DNA of 63,953 bases, the filler included, from Reticulomyxa filosa (taxonomy: Eukaryota; Protista; Foraminifera): assembly GCA_000512085.1 (NCBI GenBank). It is 12 parts of 12 records of this genome, joined end to end, with 100 filler letters (N's around TTAATTAATTAA, not from the genome) between each part and the next. Parts side by side here need not be neighbours in the genome. Positions count along the whole stretch, not along the records: positions 62,798 to 63,953 come from ASPP01000241.1; 11 more parts are not named here. One strand, given 5' to 3'. How positions within the stretch are numbered: position 1 is the stretch's first letter; every line of letters begins with the position of its first letter. The translations under genes and the position numbers were made by a program. Shown one piece after another: positions 63,884 through 63,953 of this stretch. The notes beneath the pieces were generated by a model. It saw only the letters and a program-made list of their open reading frames with translations. It did not search any database and was not told the DNA's origin.

Positions 63884-63953
63884 TATTTTTCTAACATTTT
63901 TTATTTCTCTGCTTTTTGTTTGGATAACTATTGTAATTTTATGTTTTTTCTTT

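Noticed and set aside
1-63953. Alternative genetic code, CRISPR arrays, rRNA/tRNA genes, operons
   Set aside because: Conserved genes translate cleanly with the standard code once spliced; no repeat-spacer arrays or recognisable rRNA/tRNA were seen by eye.

Overview
This is not a prokaryotic locus. It is AT-rich, intron-rich eukaryotic DNA made of 12 unrelated contigs joined by 11 artificial 100-nt spacers (N44-TTAATTAATTAA-N44). The mix of expanded families (kelch-like, WD40-associated N-terminal module, TRAF-like RING, HSPA12-like) and many decayed copies suggests the foraminiferan Reticulomyxa filosa or a relative; this is inferred from family recognition, not a search. The ORF track is fragmented by short GT-AG introns, which I re-spliced by hand. 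Recognisable genes: a vWA protein, an RD-repeat/ShKT membrane protein, a LamG protein, an ABCF3-N-like/Tudor protein, TBC1D19, a GT-A glycosyltransferase, a syntaxin-7/12-like SNARE, a glomulin/ALF4-like protein, a beta-trefoil exon, a CUE+MRG protein, a ~10.5-kb Furry/Tao3 gene ending in an RGS domain, an ankyrin protein, an O-methyltransferase, a mucin-like membrane protein, HSPA12-like, SINA-like RING, PPR and C2H2 proteins. There are also PARP, PUF, kelch and CAP-Gly remnants and non-LTR retrotransposon pieces. Most interesting observations: (1) an atypical splice-site grammar, with GTT donors and poly-A instead of polypyrimidine tracts before AG; (2) a Furry-RGS fusion; (3) an MRG protein with a CUE domain in place of the chromo barrel; (4) a LINE with twin-priming-like 5' inversion geometry.
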